DNA of 64,000 nucleotides from Phycisphaerales bacterium (GCA_029260575.1 JAJDDB010000006.1:19300-83299), one strand, 5' to 3'. Positions 1 to 10,338 are shown, numbered from the stretch's first letter. Numbers and translations are program-made. Notes: generated by a model not told the origin, from the sequence alone.

Positions 1-413
1 GGGCGCAACATCACTGCAGGCTCTGCCAGTTCGAGAATCTGCTGCCAGTCTTTCCATTTATGAAATTCGAGCGCCTGATCAGCGCCGATCAAAAGTACGA
101 ACGCAGAATTGCGGCCGTTGCGTGCGCGGAGTTCGCGCAGCGTGTCGATCATGTAGCTGGGGCCGTCGCGTTCCAACTCGATCGTACACAGTTCCGCATC
201 CGGAGTTTCGTTGAGCGCGAGCGTCAACATGGCAAGTCGATGTGCATCATCCGCCAGCGGGTTTGCGGTCTTCAATGGATTCACGCGAGCCGGCACAAAC
301 AGCAGGCGATCGCAGTTCAGGCGATCAGCAGCCAACGGCGGCAGATGCACATGCGCCAGATGCGGCGGATCAAACGTGCCGCCATAGACCAGGATGCGTG
401 TCGTGTCATTCAC
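1..413 (-). CDS. nadD: nicotinate-nucleotide adenylyltransferase, N-terminal part (gene continues left of the window)
   Basis: Not in the ORF track because it has a GTG start and is open to the edge. Reverse translation from GTG at 413-411 gives VNDTTRILVYGGTFDPPHLAHVHLPPLAADRL...LLIGADQALEFHKWKDW. GGTFDPPHxxH is the nucleotidyltransferase signature of NadD. An in-frame TAG at 470-468 forbids a longer N-terminus. Confidence 0.8.
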   Translation of the reverse strand, partial: MNDTTRILVYGGTFDPPHLAHVHLPPLAADRLNCDRLLFVPARVNPLKTANPLADDAHRLAMLTLALNETPDAELCTIELERDGPSYMIDTLRELRARNGRNSAFVLLIGADQALEFHKWKDWQQILELAEPAVMLR

Positions 414-467
414 CGGATATACACCACGATACGAACTCCAACTGCTGTTTTGCCCGTCTTTTTTGTC

Positions 468-1079
468 CTATTCATCAAGAAACGCAGCCGGGAGGATGAC
501 AACCAGCGCTGCGATTGCTGCTGTAAAGGCCGCTGTGCCCGCGTGCGCAGTCGACAGAGGGGTCAGCAGTCCGATAAGGGCGGCGCCCACAGCGATTGTG
601 AACCAGGCTGCCAGGATCGCAGCGCAGGCTGGAATAAGGCCGTCAAAACCACTGCGTTCGCGCAATCCCTTCCACTGAACCTTGCCGACAATGACTCCGA
701 TGATCACGTGGCCGGCATAGACGGCAAGTATTTTGATGCCGTTGTTGATCGTCAATCCGGAAACACCCCACAACCAGAGCGCCCATATTCCCAGACCTAT
801 CACACCGCGAACAAGCAACGACACCGTCAGTCGACGAAGTCCGACCGTGTCGGTCCACTCACCCGGCCGGGGCTCTCGAATTAGTTCATGCAGTTCGAAG
901 TCTTCGCCACATTCCGGACAAACCCTGCCGCCGACTTTGACCGTCGCCACCAGGTCGTACCGGCAGTATGGACACAGAGGATGGCGGAGTCTGCGGTCGA
1001 TCAACATTCCTGAGCACCGATCTGCGGGGTTGCAGCGAACATGCCGGAGTATTGTCAGGCTGCGCGCAGGCCCAAGCAA
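468..1079 (-). CDS. zinc-ribbon membrane protein, dispersed copy of the family at 58560-60040
   Basis: ORF 203 aa. Carries CPYCRYDL-x-CPECG (CxxC-x14-CxxC) followed by several hydrophobic helices (VIGLGIWALWLWGV, ILAVYAGHVIIGVIVG, AAILAAWFTIAVGAALIGLL). The start could instead be the internal Met at 1007. Confidence 0.6.
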   Translation of the reverse strand: MLGPARSLTILRHVRCNPADRCSGMLIDRRLRHPLCPYCRYDLVATVKVGGRVCPECGEDFELHELIREPRPGEWTDTVGLRRLTVSLLVRGVIGLGIWALWLWGVSGLTINNGIKILAVYAGHVIIGVIVGKVQWKGLRERSGFDGLIPACAAILAAWFTIAVGAALIGLLTPLSTAHAGTAAFTAAIAALVVILPAAFLDE

Positions 1080-1184
1080 GGTCGTGATGCGAAACCGCAG
1101 CCCCAGCCGATTCCAGCGGCCACAGCCGGTAAGCTGCTATTGTTACGCTCAAAGAGCACGGCCCCCCCGCTCAGGAGATCGCGC

Positions 1185-2201
1185 ATGGCTGGTACCGACG
1201 TCGCCCGCATCGAAGCCGCTTCGGATAAATTCCGACAGGACTACGAGAACACCAAGACGCAGATCGCCAAGGCTGTCGTCGGCCACGAGGAGATCATCGA
1301 CGGCGTGCTGATCTGCCTGTTTGCCGGCGGCCACGCGCTGCTGGAGGGTGTGCCCGGCCTCGGCAAGACGCTGCTCATTCGCTCGCTTTCTGAAGCGCTG
1401 CACCTGAACTTCAGCCGAATCCAGTTTACCCCCGACCTGATGCCTGCTGATGTCACGGGCACGACAATCGTGATCGAAACTGAAGGCGGCAGACAGTTCC
1501 AGTTTCGCAAGGGGCCGATCTTCGCGCAGATCGTTCTGGCAGATGAAATCAATCGCGCCACGCCAAAGACGCAGTCCGCGCTGCTGGAAGCGATGCAGGA
1601 ACAATCCGTAACCGTCGGCGGCGAGACGCACAAGCTCGATCGGCCGTTCTTTGTCATGGCAACGCAGAACCCGATTGAACAGGAAGGCACGTACCCGCTG
1701 CCCGAAGCGCAGCTTGACCGCTTCTTCTTCAAACTCGAAGTTGGGTATTCAAACCGCGAGGACCTGTCGGAGATTCTGAATCGCACGACAACCGGCGCGC
1801 AGCCGAATGTTGAGCCGGTGATCGACGGGCCGACGATTCTTGAACAGCAGCAGCTTGTTCGCCAGGTCGTCATCGCGCCGCATGTGCAGGATTATGCAGT
1901 GCGGCTGGTTCTGGCGACGCATCCGGGCGGCGAAATAGCCACGCCGATGGTCAATCAATTCCTGCGCTTCGGGGCCAGCCCTCGTGCAGCCCAGGCAATG
2001 GTGCTTGCGGGCAAGGTGAAAGCGCTACTGGATGGTCGTGGCAATGTTTCCGTTGATGATGTGCGCTCGGTGGTGTTGCCTGCGATGCGGCATCGGTGCC
2101 TGCTGAACTTTGAAGGCGAAGCGGAAGGCAAAGACACGGATGAAATCCTGCAGAACATCGTGGAAACCCTGCCGACGGAAGCAGCAATGACCGCGGCGTG
2201 A
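1185..2201 (+). CDS. moxR: MoxR-family AAA+ ATPase
   Basis: Reads VVGHEEIIDGVLICLFAGGHALLEGVPGLGKT (Walker A), ILADEINRATPKTQSALLEAMQE (Walker B/sensor) and FFVMATQNPIEQEGTYPLPEAQLDRF. ATG at 1185 is preceded by aggag at 1173-1177. The track start at 1041 is probably too far upstream. Confidence 0.9.
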   Translation: MAGTDVARIEAASDKFRQDYENTKTQIAKAVVGHEEIIDGVLICLFAGGHALLEGVPGLGKTLLIRSLSEALHLNFSRIQFTPDLMPADVTGTTIVIETEGGRQFQFRKGPIFAQIVLADEINRATPKTQSALLEAMQEQSVTVGGETHKLDRPFFVMATQNPIEQEGTYPLPEAQLDRFFFKLEVGYSNREDLSEILNRTTTGAQPNVEPVIDGPTILEQQQLVRQVVIAPHVQDYAVRLVLATHPGGEIATPMVNQFLRFGASPRAAQAMVLAGKVKALLDGRGNVSVDDVRSVVLPAMRHRCLLNFEGEAEGKDTDEILQNIVETLPTEAAMTAA

Positions 2202-2224
2202 GGAAAATCAGCAGATCAACACAA

Positions 2225-2254
2225 GAAGCCGCCCCTGAGTCTTCGAAGGGGCGG
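2225..2254 (-). repeat. REP singlet hairpin, exact reverse complement of the left arm of the repeats at 15902 and 16556; probably also the moxR terminator
   Basis: gaagccgcccctgagtcttcgaaggggcgg is the reverse complement of ccgccccttcgaagactcaggggcggcttc found at 15907-15936 and 16561-16590. It forms an 8 bp GC stem (ccgcccct/aggggcgg) with a 10 nt loop, 24 nt after the moxR stop. Confidence 0.75.
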
Positions 2255-2353
2255 ATCGTGTTCGAAGAAGAAGTCTCACCACCAAAGACCACGGAGAACC
2301 GCCGAGGTAAATTCTTCTGAGCTGACCACTTCCGAACGAGATTGTGAACGCAC

Positions 2354-2869
2354 ATGTCTCGAAAGCCAAAACGAATCCTGATTGCTGTCATTGCGATACT
2401 TCCTGTTGTATTGGCGGCAGCATTTCTGCCATCCATCGGCATCGCACATTGGATCGGCAGCAGCGTTGTGACGATCGTAGTCCAAACATCCAGCGCAACC
2501 GGCGATCCAGTTGCAGGTTGTACAGTCGAGTTGCGACACGACGCTGACCTCGTCGGGGACGATGGTGAAATATTCTTGCAGGCGACAACAGATGCATTTG
2601 GGATCGCGACGCTGACGGGTGAATTGCCAACACACGGAGAAACGTCTGATTCAATGTGGGGTAGAACAGAACGAATGAGCATCAATTGCCACCGCTGGAT
2701 CATTCGCTTCAAAACTGACGGATACCAAACCGATCGCATCGGCCTGTGGGAAGTTGCGCATAGAGAATATGTGAATCCCGCTTACCCGTTGGTTGTCCCG
2801 ATACACCTCACAATGAAACGAGATACCACTACGACTGTGATTGAAGATGAGCAAGACAAACATAATTGA
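2354..2869 (+). CDS. membrane-anchored hypothetical protein, possibly a carboxypeptidase-regulatory-like beta-sandwich
   Basis: N-terminal TM/signal anchor (KRILIAVIAILPVVLAAAFL), then VVTIVVQTSSATGDPVAGCTVELRHD...ATTDAFGIATLTGELP. The fold call is pattern recognition only. Confidence 0.5.
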   Translation: MSRKPKRILIAVIAILPVVLAAAFLPSIGIAHWIGSSVVTIVVQTSSATGDPVAGCTVELRHDADLVGDDGEIFLQATTDAFGIATLTGELPTHGETSDSMWGRTERMSINCHRWIIRFKTDGYQTDRIGLWEVAHREYVNPAYPLVVPIHLTMKRDTTTTVIEDEQDKHN

Positions 2870-3206
2870 AAAATTCGAGTCCTTCGCTGAACACTGGTCG
2901 CCCAGGCTTATCGCTGAATGCAACGGCCAGCATGTGCGCATCGCAAAGGTGCAAGGTGAATTCATCTGGCACACACACGAAGATGCTGATGAATTGTTCA
3001 TGGTTGTCAAGGGACATCTTACGATCCGCCTGCGCGCGGGCGATGTCACGTTGAACGAAAACGAACTGTTCGTCGTGCCGCGCGGTGTCGAGCACATGCC
3101 TGTTGCAGAGCAAGAGTGCTGGATCATGTTGTTCGAGCCGGCAGACACACTCAACACCGGCGATCAGCGAAGCGAGCGCACGGTTACAAAGATTGAACGC
3201 ATTTGA
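2841..3206 (+). CDS. cupin domain protein
   Basis: Reads GEFIWHTHEDADELFMVVKGHLTIRL...ELFVVPRGVEHMPVA, the two cupin motifs (HxH...E and a late H). Overlaps the upstream ORF by 29 nt. Confidence 0.75.
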   Translation: MKMSKTNIIEKFESFAEHWSPRLIAECNGQHVRIAKVQGEFIWHTHEDADELFMVVKGHLTIRLRAGDVTLNENELFVVPRGVEHMPVAEQECWIMLFEPADTLNTGDQRSERTVTKIERI

Positions 3207-3231
3207 GTGTGCTGCACAAGGAAGCCCAGAG

Positions 3232-3630
3232 ATGTCTGTTCTTGAGATCGCACAACAGTTTGCCGCGGCGCTTGATCATGATGACTACGACGCTGCTGGT
3301 GCTGTGATGCACCCGAACTGCATGTATGCCATTCGAGAGAAGACGATCGAAGGCCCGGCGGCGATTCTTGATTCGTACCGCACTGCGTCGCAGACCGGCC
3401 GGTCGACGTTCGACGAGCTGCATTTTGCCAGTAGCGTTTCAAGAGCTGACACGACGCATGCGGTGATCGAGTTTATTGATGATCTTGTACACAATGGACA
3501 GCAGCATCGACACCGCTGCCAGCAGATTGTGACAATCAAGAACGAGCGTATCACTGTGATCGAGCATTGTGATCTCGATGGCGAGCGGGAATCGCTTGAC
3601 GCATTCAAGCGCGCGGTCGGCATCGTGTAG
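3232..3630 (+). CDS. NTF2-like / SnoaL-like small protein
   Basis: 132 aa. MSVLEIAQQFAAALDHDDYDAAGAVMHPNCMY...ITVIEHCDLDGE shows the pattern typical of SnoaL/NTF2 folds. ATG at 3232 chosen over the track start at 3085. Confidence 0.55.
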   Translation: MSVLEIAQQFAAALDHDDYDAAGAVMHPNCMYAIREKTIEGPAAILDSYRTASQTGRSTFDELHFASSVSRADTTHAVIEFIDDLVHNGQQHRHRCQQIVTIKNERITVIEHCDLDGERESLDAFKRAVGIV

Positions 3631-3696
3631 TCGCGCCGCTACACTTGCAGGCATCTCAGTTGTCTCGCTGTTTGGCTTACGGCGTTTCTGGCTTTC

Positions 3697-5646
3697 ATGG
3701 AATTCCTCACCCCCTGGTCTGCGCTGTTCGTCGCTGCCGTTGCCTTGCCGGCATTGGTGTTGCTGTACCTCTTGAAACTCCGCAGGCAACCACTACGCAT
3801 TGCCAGCACATTGCTGTGGGAACAGGCGTTTGAAGATTTGCAGGCCAACGTGCCGTTTCAACGGCTGCGGTATTCACTGCTGCTGCTTATCCAGTTCCTG
3901 CTGCTGGCAGCACTTCTAATCGCGTTTGCCCAGCCGGTACTGACCGGCGGCGTGCAACCCGCGGGGCGCATCATTGTGCTTATCGATGTCAGTGCCTCGA
4001 TGCGGGCGACGGATGTTGACCCGAACGATCCATCGCAAAGCCGTTTGGACGCTGCGCGTGCTGAAGCGCGCAACCTGATTGACAACGCATCACGCGCTGA
4101 TCGAACAGCACAGATCATGATTGCGATGTTCGGCAGGTCGCCGCGCGTGATAACGCCGTTCCAATCCAACCGCAGGATTCTGCTTGATGCGCTTGATCGC
4201 GTGCAGCCGACCGATGAACAGGCTGACCTCGCACAGGCGCTACGGCTGGCGGAGGCGTTTGCGACTCGTTCGGAATCCGATGATCAGCCGCCCATGGTGG
4301 TCTTGATTTCCGATGGCGGCGTCGGCGCATCCGAACGTGCAGCTGGATTCAACCTGCGAGCCGGCAGGTTCCGGTACGTGCGCGTCGGCCAAGACATGAC
4401 CACCCCAGTCGACAACGTCGGTATTACCGCGTTCACCGCCCGCAGGGATTTTGAATCGCCCAGCCGTGTCGATATCTTCGCCCGGCTTACGAATGCATCG
4501 CGCAGCGCCATTGAACTTGTCGCAACGCTTCGCGCCGATGATGCGGACCCCCTGCCACTAATTGTGAACCTGCCGCCTGCAACAGATGCAACCGTCGGCG
4601 AGCGGTCGTTCACCGCAACCATGGAGCTTCCCGAGGGTGCGGTGCTGTCGCTTGAGCATAATCACGAAGACGCTTTGGCTTCGGACAACACGGCTGCGCT
4701 GGTGTTGCCCGCGCCCAGACAACCACGGCTGCTGATGGTGCATCCGGACGACGATGCGGATGCAGATCCATTTCTTGTCGATCTGCTGCGAGCTGCTGAT
4801 CCTGCGGAATTGATCGTGATGACAGCGTCGCAATACGCCAATCAAGCCGTAGCGCAGACCGACAGCTCGATTGATTTGATCGTTTTCGACCGCGTGTCGC
4901 CGGCGCAGTTGCCGATGGCGCCGTCTTTGTCATTCGGTGCTGCGCCGCCGACTCTTGGCATCATTGAGCCGACGCAAACGGGCGGCCAAAGCGTGTTGAG
5001 CTGGGATCGCCAGCACCCTTTGATGCAGTATGTCGAACTGGATGCGGTGCGTTTCGCAGGCTTCGGCGGGTTTGATCTGCCAGCAGCCGGGACAGCGCTT
5101 GCGTGGGGCGCGGACGGGCCGATCATTGCGCTGCTGCGCACGCAAGGTGTGCAACATGTTGCTGTCGGATTTGAACTGCGCCGAAGCGACTGGCCGCTGC
5201 ATGTATCGTTTGCGGTGTTTGTGCAGAACGTGCTTGAGCAGCTTGCCGTTGGTGGCGGCGCTGTTGACGCATTCGGTTTCAGGCCCGGCGAGCCGATTAC
5301 CGTTGTGCCGAAACCCGGCACAACGACGATTGAAGTTGCCACGCCGGTAGCATTGTCTGTTGCGGTGACGAATCCGGGTGCAGTTACGTTGCCTGCGATT
5401 CGGCTGGCTGGTGTGTATGGGGTTGTCGGCGCTGCCCCGCCGTTTGATACGATTGCGATCAACGTGTTGAGCGATCAGGAAAGTGACATTCGGCCGGTTC
5501 AGTCGCTGCGCATCAATGCGGAATCTGCTGAGGCGGGTGTGGCGTCTGATGCAGCAGCCCGGCCGCTGTGGCCGTATCTGATCGGTGCGGCGCTCGTGTT
5601 GGTGGTGCTGGAGTGGATCGCATGGTGTCTGCGGGCACGAATGTGA
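3697..5646 (+). CDS. BatA-like protein: N-terminal double-TM aerotolerance domain plus von Willebrand A domain plus C-terminal TM
   Basis: MEFLTPWSALFVAAVALPALVLLYLLKLRRQPLRIASTLLWEQA is BatA_N-type. IIVLIDVSASMRATD is the VWA MIDAS motif DxSxS. Terminal helix WPYLIGAALVLVVLEWIAW. Confidence 0.8.
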   Translation: MEFLTPWSALFVAAVALPALVLLYLLKLRRQPLRIASTLLWEQAFEDLQANVPFQRLRYSLLLLIQFLLLAALLIAFAQPVLTGGVQPAGRIIVLIDVSASMRATDVDPNDPSQSRLDAARAEARNLIDNASRADRTAQIMIAMFGRSPRVITPFQSNRRILLDALDRVQPTDEQADLAQALRLAEAFATRSESDDQPPMVVLISDGGVGASERAAGFNLRAGRFRYVRVGQDMTTPVDNVGITAFTARRDFESPSRVDIFARLTNASRSAIELVATLRADDADPLPLIVNLPPATDATVGERSFTATMELPEGAVLSLEHNHEDALASDNTAALVLPAPRQPRLLMVHPDDDADADPFLVDLLRAADPAELIVMTASQYANQAVAQTDSSIDLIVFDRVSPAQLPMAPSLSFGAAPPTLGIIEPTQTGGQSVLSWDRQHPLMQYVELDAVRFAGFGGFDLPAAGTALAWGADGPIIALLRTQGVQHVAVGFELRRSDWPLHVSFAVFVQNVLEQLAVGGGAVDAFGFRPGEPITVVPKPGTTTIEVATPVALSVAVTNPGAVTLPAIRLAGVYGVVGAAPPFDTIAINVLSDQESDIRPVQSLRINAESAEAGVASDAAARPLWPYLIGAALVLVVLEWIAWCLRARM

Positions 5647-5742
5647 ACGGGCGATGCGCTGTGCGTTGCATCGCTGGCAAAACCAGCTACCTTGACCACG
5701 AAGACTGGGTTTCTGATCTCTGATTCTTGCAGGAGCATACTC

Positions 5743-6732
5743 GTGAACCGCGCACTTCTGTGTTCGAACGTTGCTTTTCTTACGATTGTTATTTCCGCTT
5801 CAGGTGCCGGCGCGCAGCAGGATGAGCGCAGCATGTCGCAGGATCGGGACAGCACAAATGCCCGGCGATTGCAAGACGATGATCAGGACCACTGGCTTGA
5901 TCGCCTGAAGTTTTCGCTGCACGGCGGTGCGGAATATCAGTTCGAAACGGACATCGACGACGGCGGCGACTTTTCCGTCGCACGCGGCGGCGTCGGCATC
6001 ACAGCCCGCACGCAGATCAATACTGATGTCAGCCTGTCGTTCCGCATTGATTACAACCTTGATGCGTACGATTTTTCCGGCGCTGCAGCCGGCCTGGGCG
6101 TGTCGCAACCCTGGGATGACATTCACACGCTCTCGCTGGGCGCAATTCTTTCTGTTGATGCAGGAAACGACTGGACGCTGTTTGGCGGACCGGTGCTGCA
6201 GATCTCCGGCGAAAGCGGCGCAGATGTCGGCGATTCGATTCAGGGCGGCGGACTGTTCGCAGCGTCATACCGCGCGAGCGATTCGCTGACGATTGGCGGC
6301 GGCATTGGCGTGGTCAGCCAGATCGAAGACAGCGCACGCGTGTTTCCGGTGTTTGTTCTGAACTGGCAGATCAACGATAAACTGTCGCTGCGCAACACAT
6401 CCGTAGCCGGCGCAGGTACACGCAATGGGCTGGAGCTGGTGTACGACTTTGATTCGAACTGGGAATTCGCAGTCGGCGGCGCATACCAGTTCAAACGCTT
6501 CCGTCTGGATGATCGCAGCAACGTCGCTGATGAAGGTGTCGGCGAGGATTCATCCATTCCGATCTGGGGACGCCTGACGTATCGCGTCGGCGCCAACGGC
6601 CGAATCAACTTCTACGCAGGTGCTGCATTCGGCGGTGAACTTCGCCTGGAAACCAGCGGCGGAAGCGGGATTGCCAATTCGGATTACGACTCGGCAGCAA
6701 TCATCGGCATCTCCGGAAGTATCCGCTTCTGA
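5743..6732 (+). CDS. putative outer-membrane beta-barrel protein
   Basis: GTG at 5743 lies 7 nt after aggag (5731-5735). Signal peptide VNRALLCSNVAFLTIVISASGAGAQQ. Alternating amphipathic strands rich in G/Y/F/D. C-terminal ...ISGSIRF ends in a terminal Phe, as in OMPs. Confidence 0.5.
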   Translation: MNRALLCSNVAFLTIVISASGAGAQQDERSMSQDRDSTNARRLQDDDQDHWLDRLKFSLHGGAEYQFETDIDDGGDFSVARGGVGITARTQINTDVSLSFRIDYNLDAYDFSGAAAGLGVSQPWDDIHTLSLGAILSVDAGNDWTLFGGPVLQISGESGADVGDSIQGGGLFAASYRASDSLTIGGGIGVVSQIEDSARVFPVFVLNWQINDKLSLRNTSVAGAGTRNGLELVYDFDSNWEFAVGGAYQFKRFRLDDRSNVADEGVGEDSSIPIWGRLTYRVGANGRINFYAGAAFGGELRLETSGGSGIANSDYDSAAIIGISGSIRF

Positions 6733-6750
6733 ACTGAGAGCAACATATTC

Positions 6751-8505
6751 CTACGGCGCATCAACATCGCGGCGCTCAAAGCGCGGCAGGTCGTCCCACT
6801 GGCTGAGGTCGATGCGCAACTGTCCCGGCTGCATGCGCCAGGGCACGCACCGATTCGGCGCGGTTTCCAGCGACTGTGACTGGGCGTGCGAACGCACAAG
6901 ACCCAGCAGCAGCGCATCATCTTCCATCAGAGATTGCACCCATGTGTCCGGCAAAACCACGCGACAGTACCAACGGTCGTCGAACGATCGGCGGTGAATC
7001 TGCAGCGCGCCATCCTGCCTGCCACGCAGCAACCGCCACCAACCGGTTTCGGGAATCGCCAGCACGATCGGCGGTTCGTTTGTCATCTGATCGCGGCCGA
7101 TCAGAATCGTAATTGCATCGATGCCTCGCAAGTCTTCGAGCGTGTTGACCATACCGATGGCGGGCGGGCGGTTTGATCGTGACGATGCAGGTCGTTTGCA
7201 ATCGATGAAGATTTCCCACTGACGACTGAGCCGGCGAATGTGCGCTGTCGTGGCCAATTGCTGATCAACCGGCGCCTGCCGCACGCGCTCGACATCTGCC
7301 AGCGTCAATGCGGGAAACAGCGCCGTGACGAAAATGCCCGGCGGTTTGGCGAGTATCGTCGCAGGTGGAAACGTCAGCGAACCGACAGGCATGCGAGCGA
7401 CAGACACCCGCAGGACAACCAGAGTTGGTTGTTCGATTGTCGGCAGGCCGATGCCTCGGGCTGCGGATTGCGGGCGTTCTAGCACAAGTCGGCTCAACAC
7501 GCCGGGCGCAAGATGCAGTTGTTCCGGTGGCGCGCTGCTTTGCTGCCAGGCCAGATCGACGGTGACGGCGCGATTGAGTCGGTTGACCAGTGCAAGTTCG
7601 ACGGTCTCGCCATACAACGCAACCGGCCACATCAGTACCGGCCGCTGTGCATCCATCCAGGCCTGCACTTTTGCGGCCACCATGGCAGCAGGCTGGTTGG
7701 TCTGCAACAAGACACGAAGAAGTGCATCAAGCGACACCGGGTCGGTCACCCATGTTGCAAACCGATGATCGCGATCAAAACCGGTGGAGATCAACATCAC
7801 CGTGCAACGTTCAGCGAGCTTCTGATCAATGCTGCGCAATCGATTGAGACCGATGCGCCACAAATCCGCCTGGTGTTGCGCGAGCATTGCATCTATCGGA
7901 TTGAAACGCTGTGTATCGGGCGCGGTCATTGCTAATGCATCAGCCATGACGATCCACCGCCAGTGTTCAAGCGGCGCATCGGGATCGGGCAGATCAGCAG
8001 CTTCGCGAATAGGCAATCGGCGCAATTCCGGATCGATTACTTCCGGCGGCTCAACCGCATTGAACCAGATCGGCTGTACTGTCTGCTTGCCGAGGCGTAT
8101 GTTGCCGGTGCCCATTGCGGGCATTCGCGCAAGAAGAATCGGCGAGCCGGTCTGCGGCTTTGATGAATCGTCGGTCGATTCAATCGGCCGGGCTGTGATA
8201 TATCGAGGATCGTCCGTCCACTTGCGGACTTCGGATGACACCCCAGGCTGCAGCCACGCCACCGTGGCGTCAATCGAGCGATTATCGTCAAACGTCAAAC
8301 GCAGCGACTCGGGCCAATCCGTACCCGGCTGCGCCGCGACGAGTGGAGCCATCAGCACGCCGCTGCGCACCGCCAGCGGTGCGTTGTTCGCCAGTTGAAT
8401 ACCCTGCACCTGCGCTGCGCCGGCGATGGACGAGACGCACAAAAGAGCGCACGCATACAGAGCCGCCACCAACCGTACTCTGAAGTTGTCGGATCGTGCT
8501 GCCAT
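6751..8505 (-). CDS. large secreted hypothetical protein
   Basis: 584 aa ORF with a signal peptide (LVAALYACALLCVSSIAGAAQVQ). I recognise no family motif. Confidence 0.6.
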   Translation of the reverse strand: MAARSDNFRVRLVAALYACALLCVSSIAGAAQVQGIQLANNAPLAVRSGVLMAPLVAAQPGTDWPESLRLTFDDNRSIDATVAWLQPGVSSEVRKWTDDPRYITARPIESTDDSSKPQTGSPILLARMPAMGTGNIRLGKQTVQPIWFNAVEPPEVIDPELRRLPIREAADLPDPDAPLEHWRWIVMADALAMTAPDTQRFNPIDAMLAQHQADLWRIGLNRLRSIDQKLAERCTVMLISTGFDRDHRFATWVTDPVSLDALLRVLLQTNQPAAMVAAKVQAWMDAQRPVLMWPVALYGETVELALVNRLNRAVTVDLAWQQSSAPPEQLHLAPGVLSRLVLERPQSAARGIGLPTIEQPTLVVLRVSVARMPVGSLTFPPATILAKPPGIFVTALFPALTLADVERVRQAPVDQQLATTAHIRRLSRQWEIFIDCKRPASSRSNRPPAIGMVNTLEDLRGIDAITILIGRDQMTNEPPIVLAIPETGWWRLLRGRQDGALQIHRRSFDDRWYCRVVLPDTWVQSLMEDDALLLGLVRSHAQSQSLETAPNRCVPWRMQPGQLRIDLSQWDDLPRFERRDVDAP

Positions 8506-8528
8506 GCAATCATTATGTACGAAACTGC

Positions 8529-9191
8529 TCAGTGGGGTGATGCACTATCCCGCTGACCGCGTCGAGTGTTCTCAATCAGGCTGTGAATCTGCTCGATCGC
8601 CTGTTCGAGGTCGTCATTGACGATCACAGCGTCATACGCCCCGCTCTCGTTGGCCAGTGCCAATTCGTTCTTTGCCTCAGCGAATCGCCGCTGAATTGCC
8701 TGTTCATCATCACGGCCGCGCGATCGGAGCCGACGGAGCAACTCTTCCTCGCTTGGCGGTTTGATGAACATCATGAATGCGTTGGGCATTGACTTGCGGA
8801 CCTGTATTCCACCTTGCACGTCAATATCCAGAAGGACGATTCTGCCGAGCGCGAGTTGTTGTTCTACGGGCTGTCTGGGCGTTCCGTACCAGTGCTTGCC
8901 GAAGACGTTAGCGCATTCAAGAAACTCGCCGCCTTCGCGTTTGGCCTGGAACTGCTCATCGCTGATGAAGTAGTAGTCTCTGCCATTGACTTCACCTGTG
9001 GCTTGCGGGCGCGTCGTTGCGGAAACGCTGAACGTTCCGCCGAACCGCTTGAGAATATCCTTGGCGATTGTGGTCTTGCCCACGCCGGACGGACCTGACA
9101 GCACAACAAGTAACCCGCGGTCTTTGCTGATCGCGTCGTCGCTGCGCTGGGGTGCATCACTGGCCGATTTGGATTGCATCGTTGAGTTCAT
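8529..9191 (-). CDS. gmk: guanylate kinase
   Basis: Reads LLVVLSGPSGVGKTTIAKDIL...SVSATTRPQATGEVNGRDYYFISDEQF...EFLECANVFGKHWYGT. Start taken at Met 9191. Longer track ORF would overlap the divergent deacetylase gene. Confidence 0.9.
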   Translation of the reverse strand: MNSTMQSKSASDAPQRSDDAISKDRGLLVVLSGPSGVGKTTIAKDILKRFGGTFSVSATTRPQATGEVNGRDYYFISDEQFQAKREGGEFLECANVFGKHWYGTPRQPVEQQLALGRIVLLDIDVQGGIQVRKSMPNAFMMFIKPPSEEELLRRLRSRGRDDEQAIQRRFAEAKNELALANESGAYDAVIVNDDLEQAIEQIHSLIENTRRGQRDSASPH

Positions 9192-9272
9192 GGTATACGC
9201 TGGGCGGATGATAAAGCGCCTCGGCCGGTTTGCCGTGCTAGCGCCAGTTTCTCCGTCCTCTGCAGCCATAGT

Positions 9273-10322
<1,050 letters not shown>

Positions 10323-10338
10323 CGGACGGCAGAGAAAC

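Noticed and set aside
60-884. 274 aa plus-strand ORF at the window start
   Set aside because: It is antisense to nadD, which has a clear GGTFDPPH motif, and to the zinc-ribbon membrane gene. No motifs of its own.
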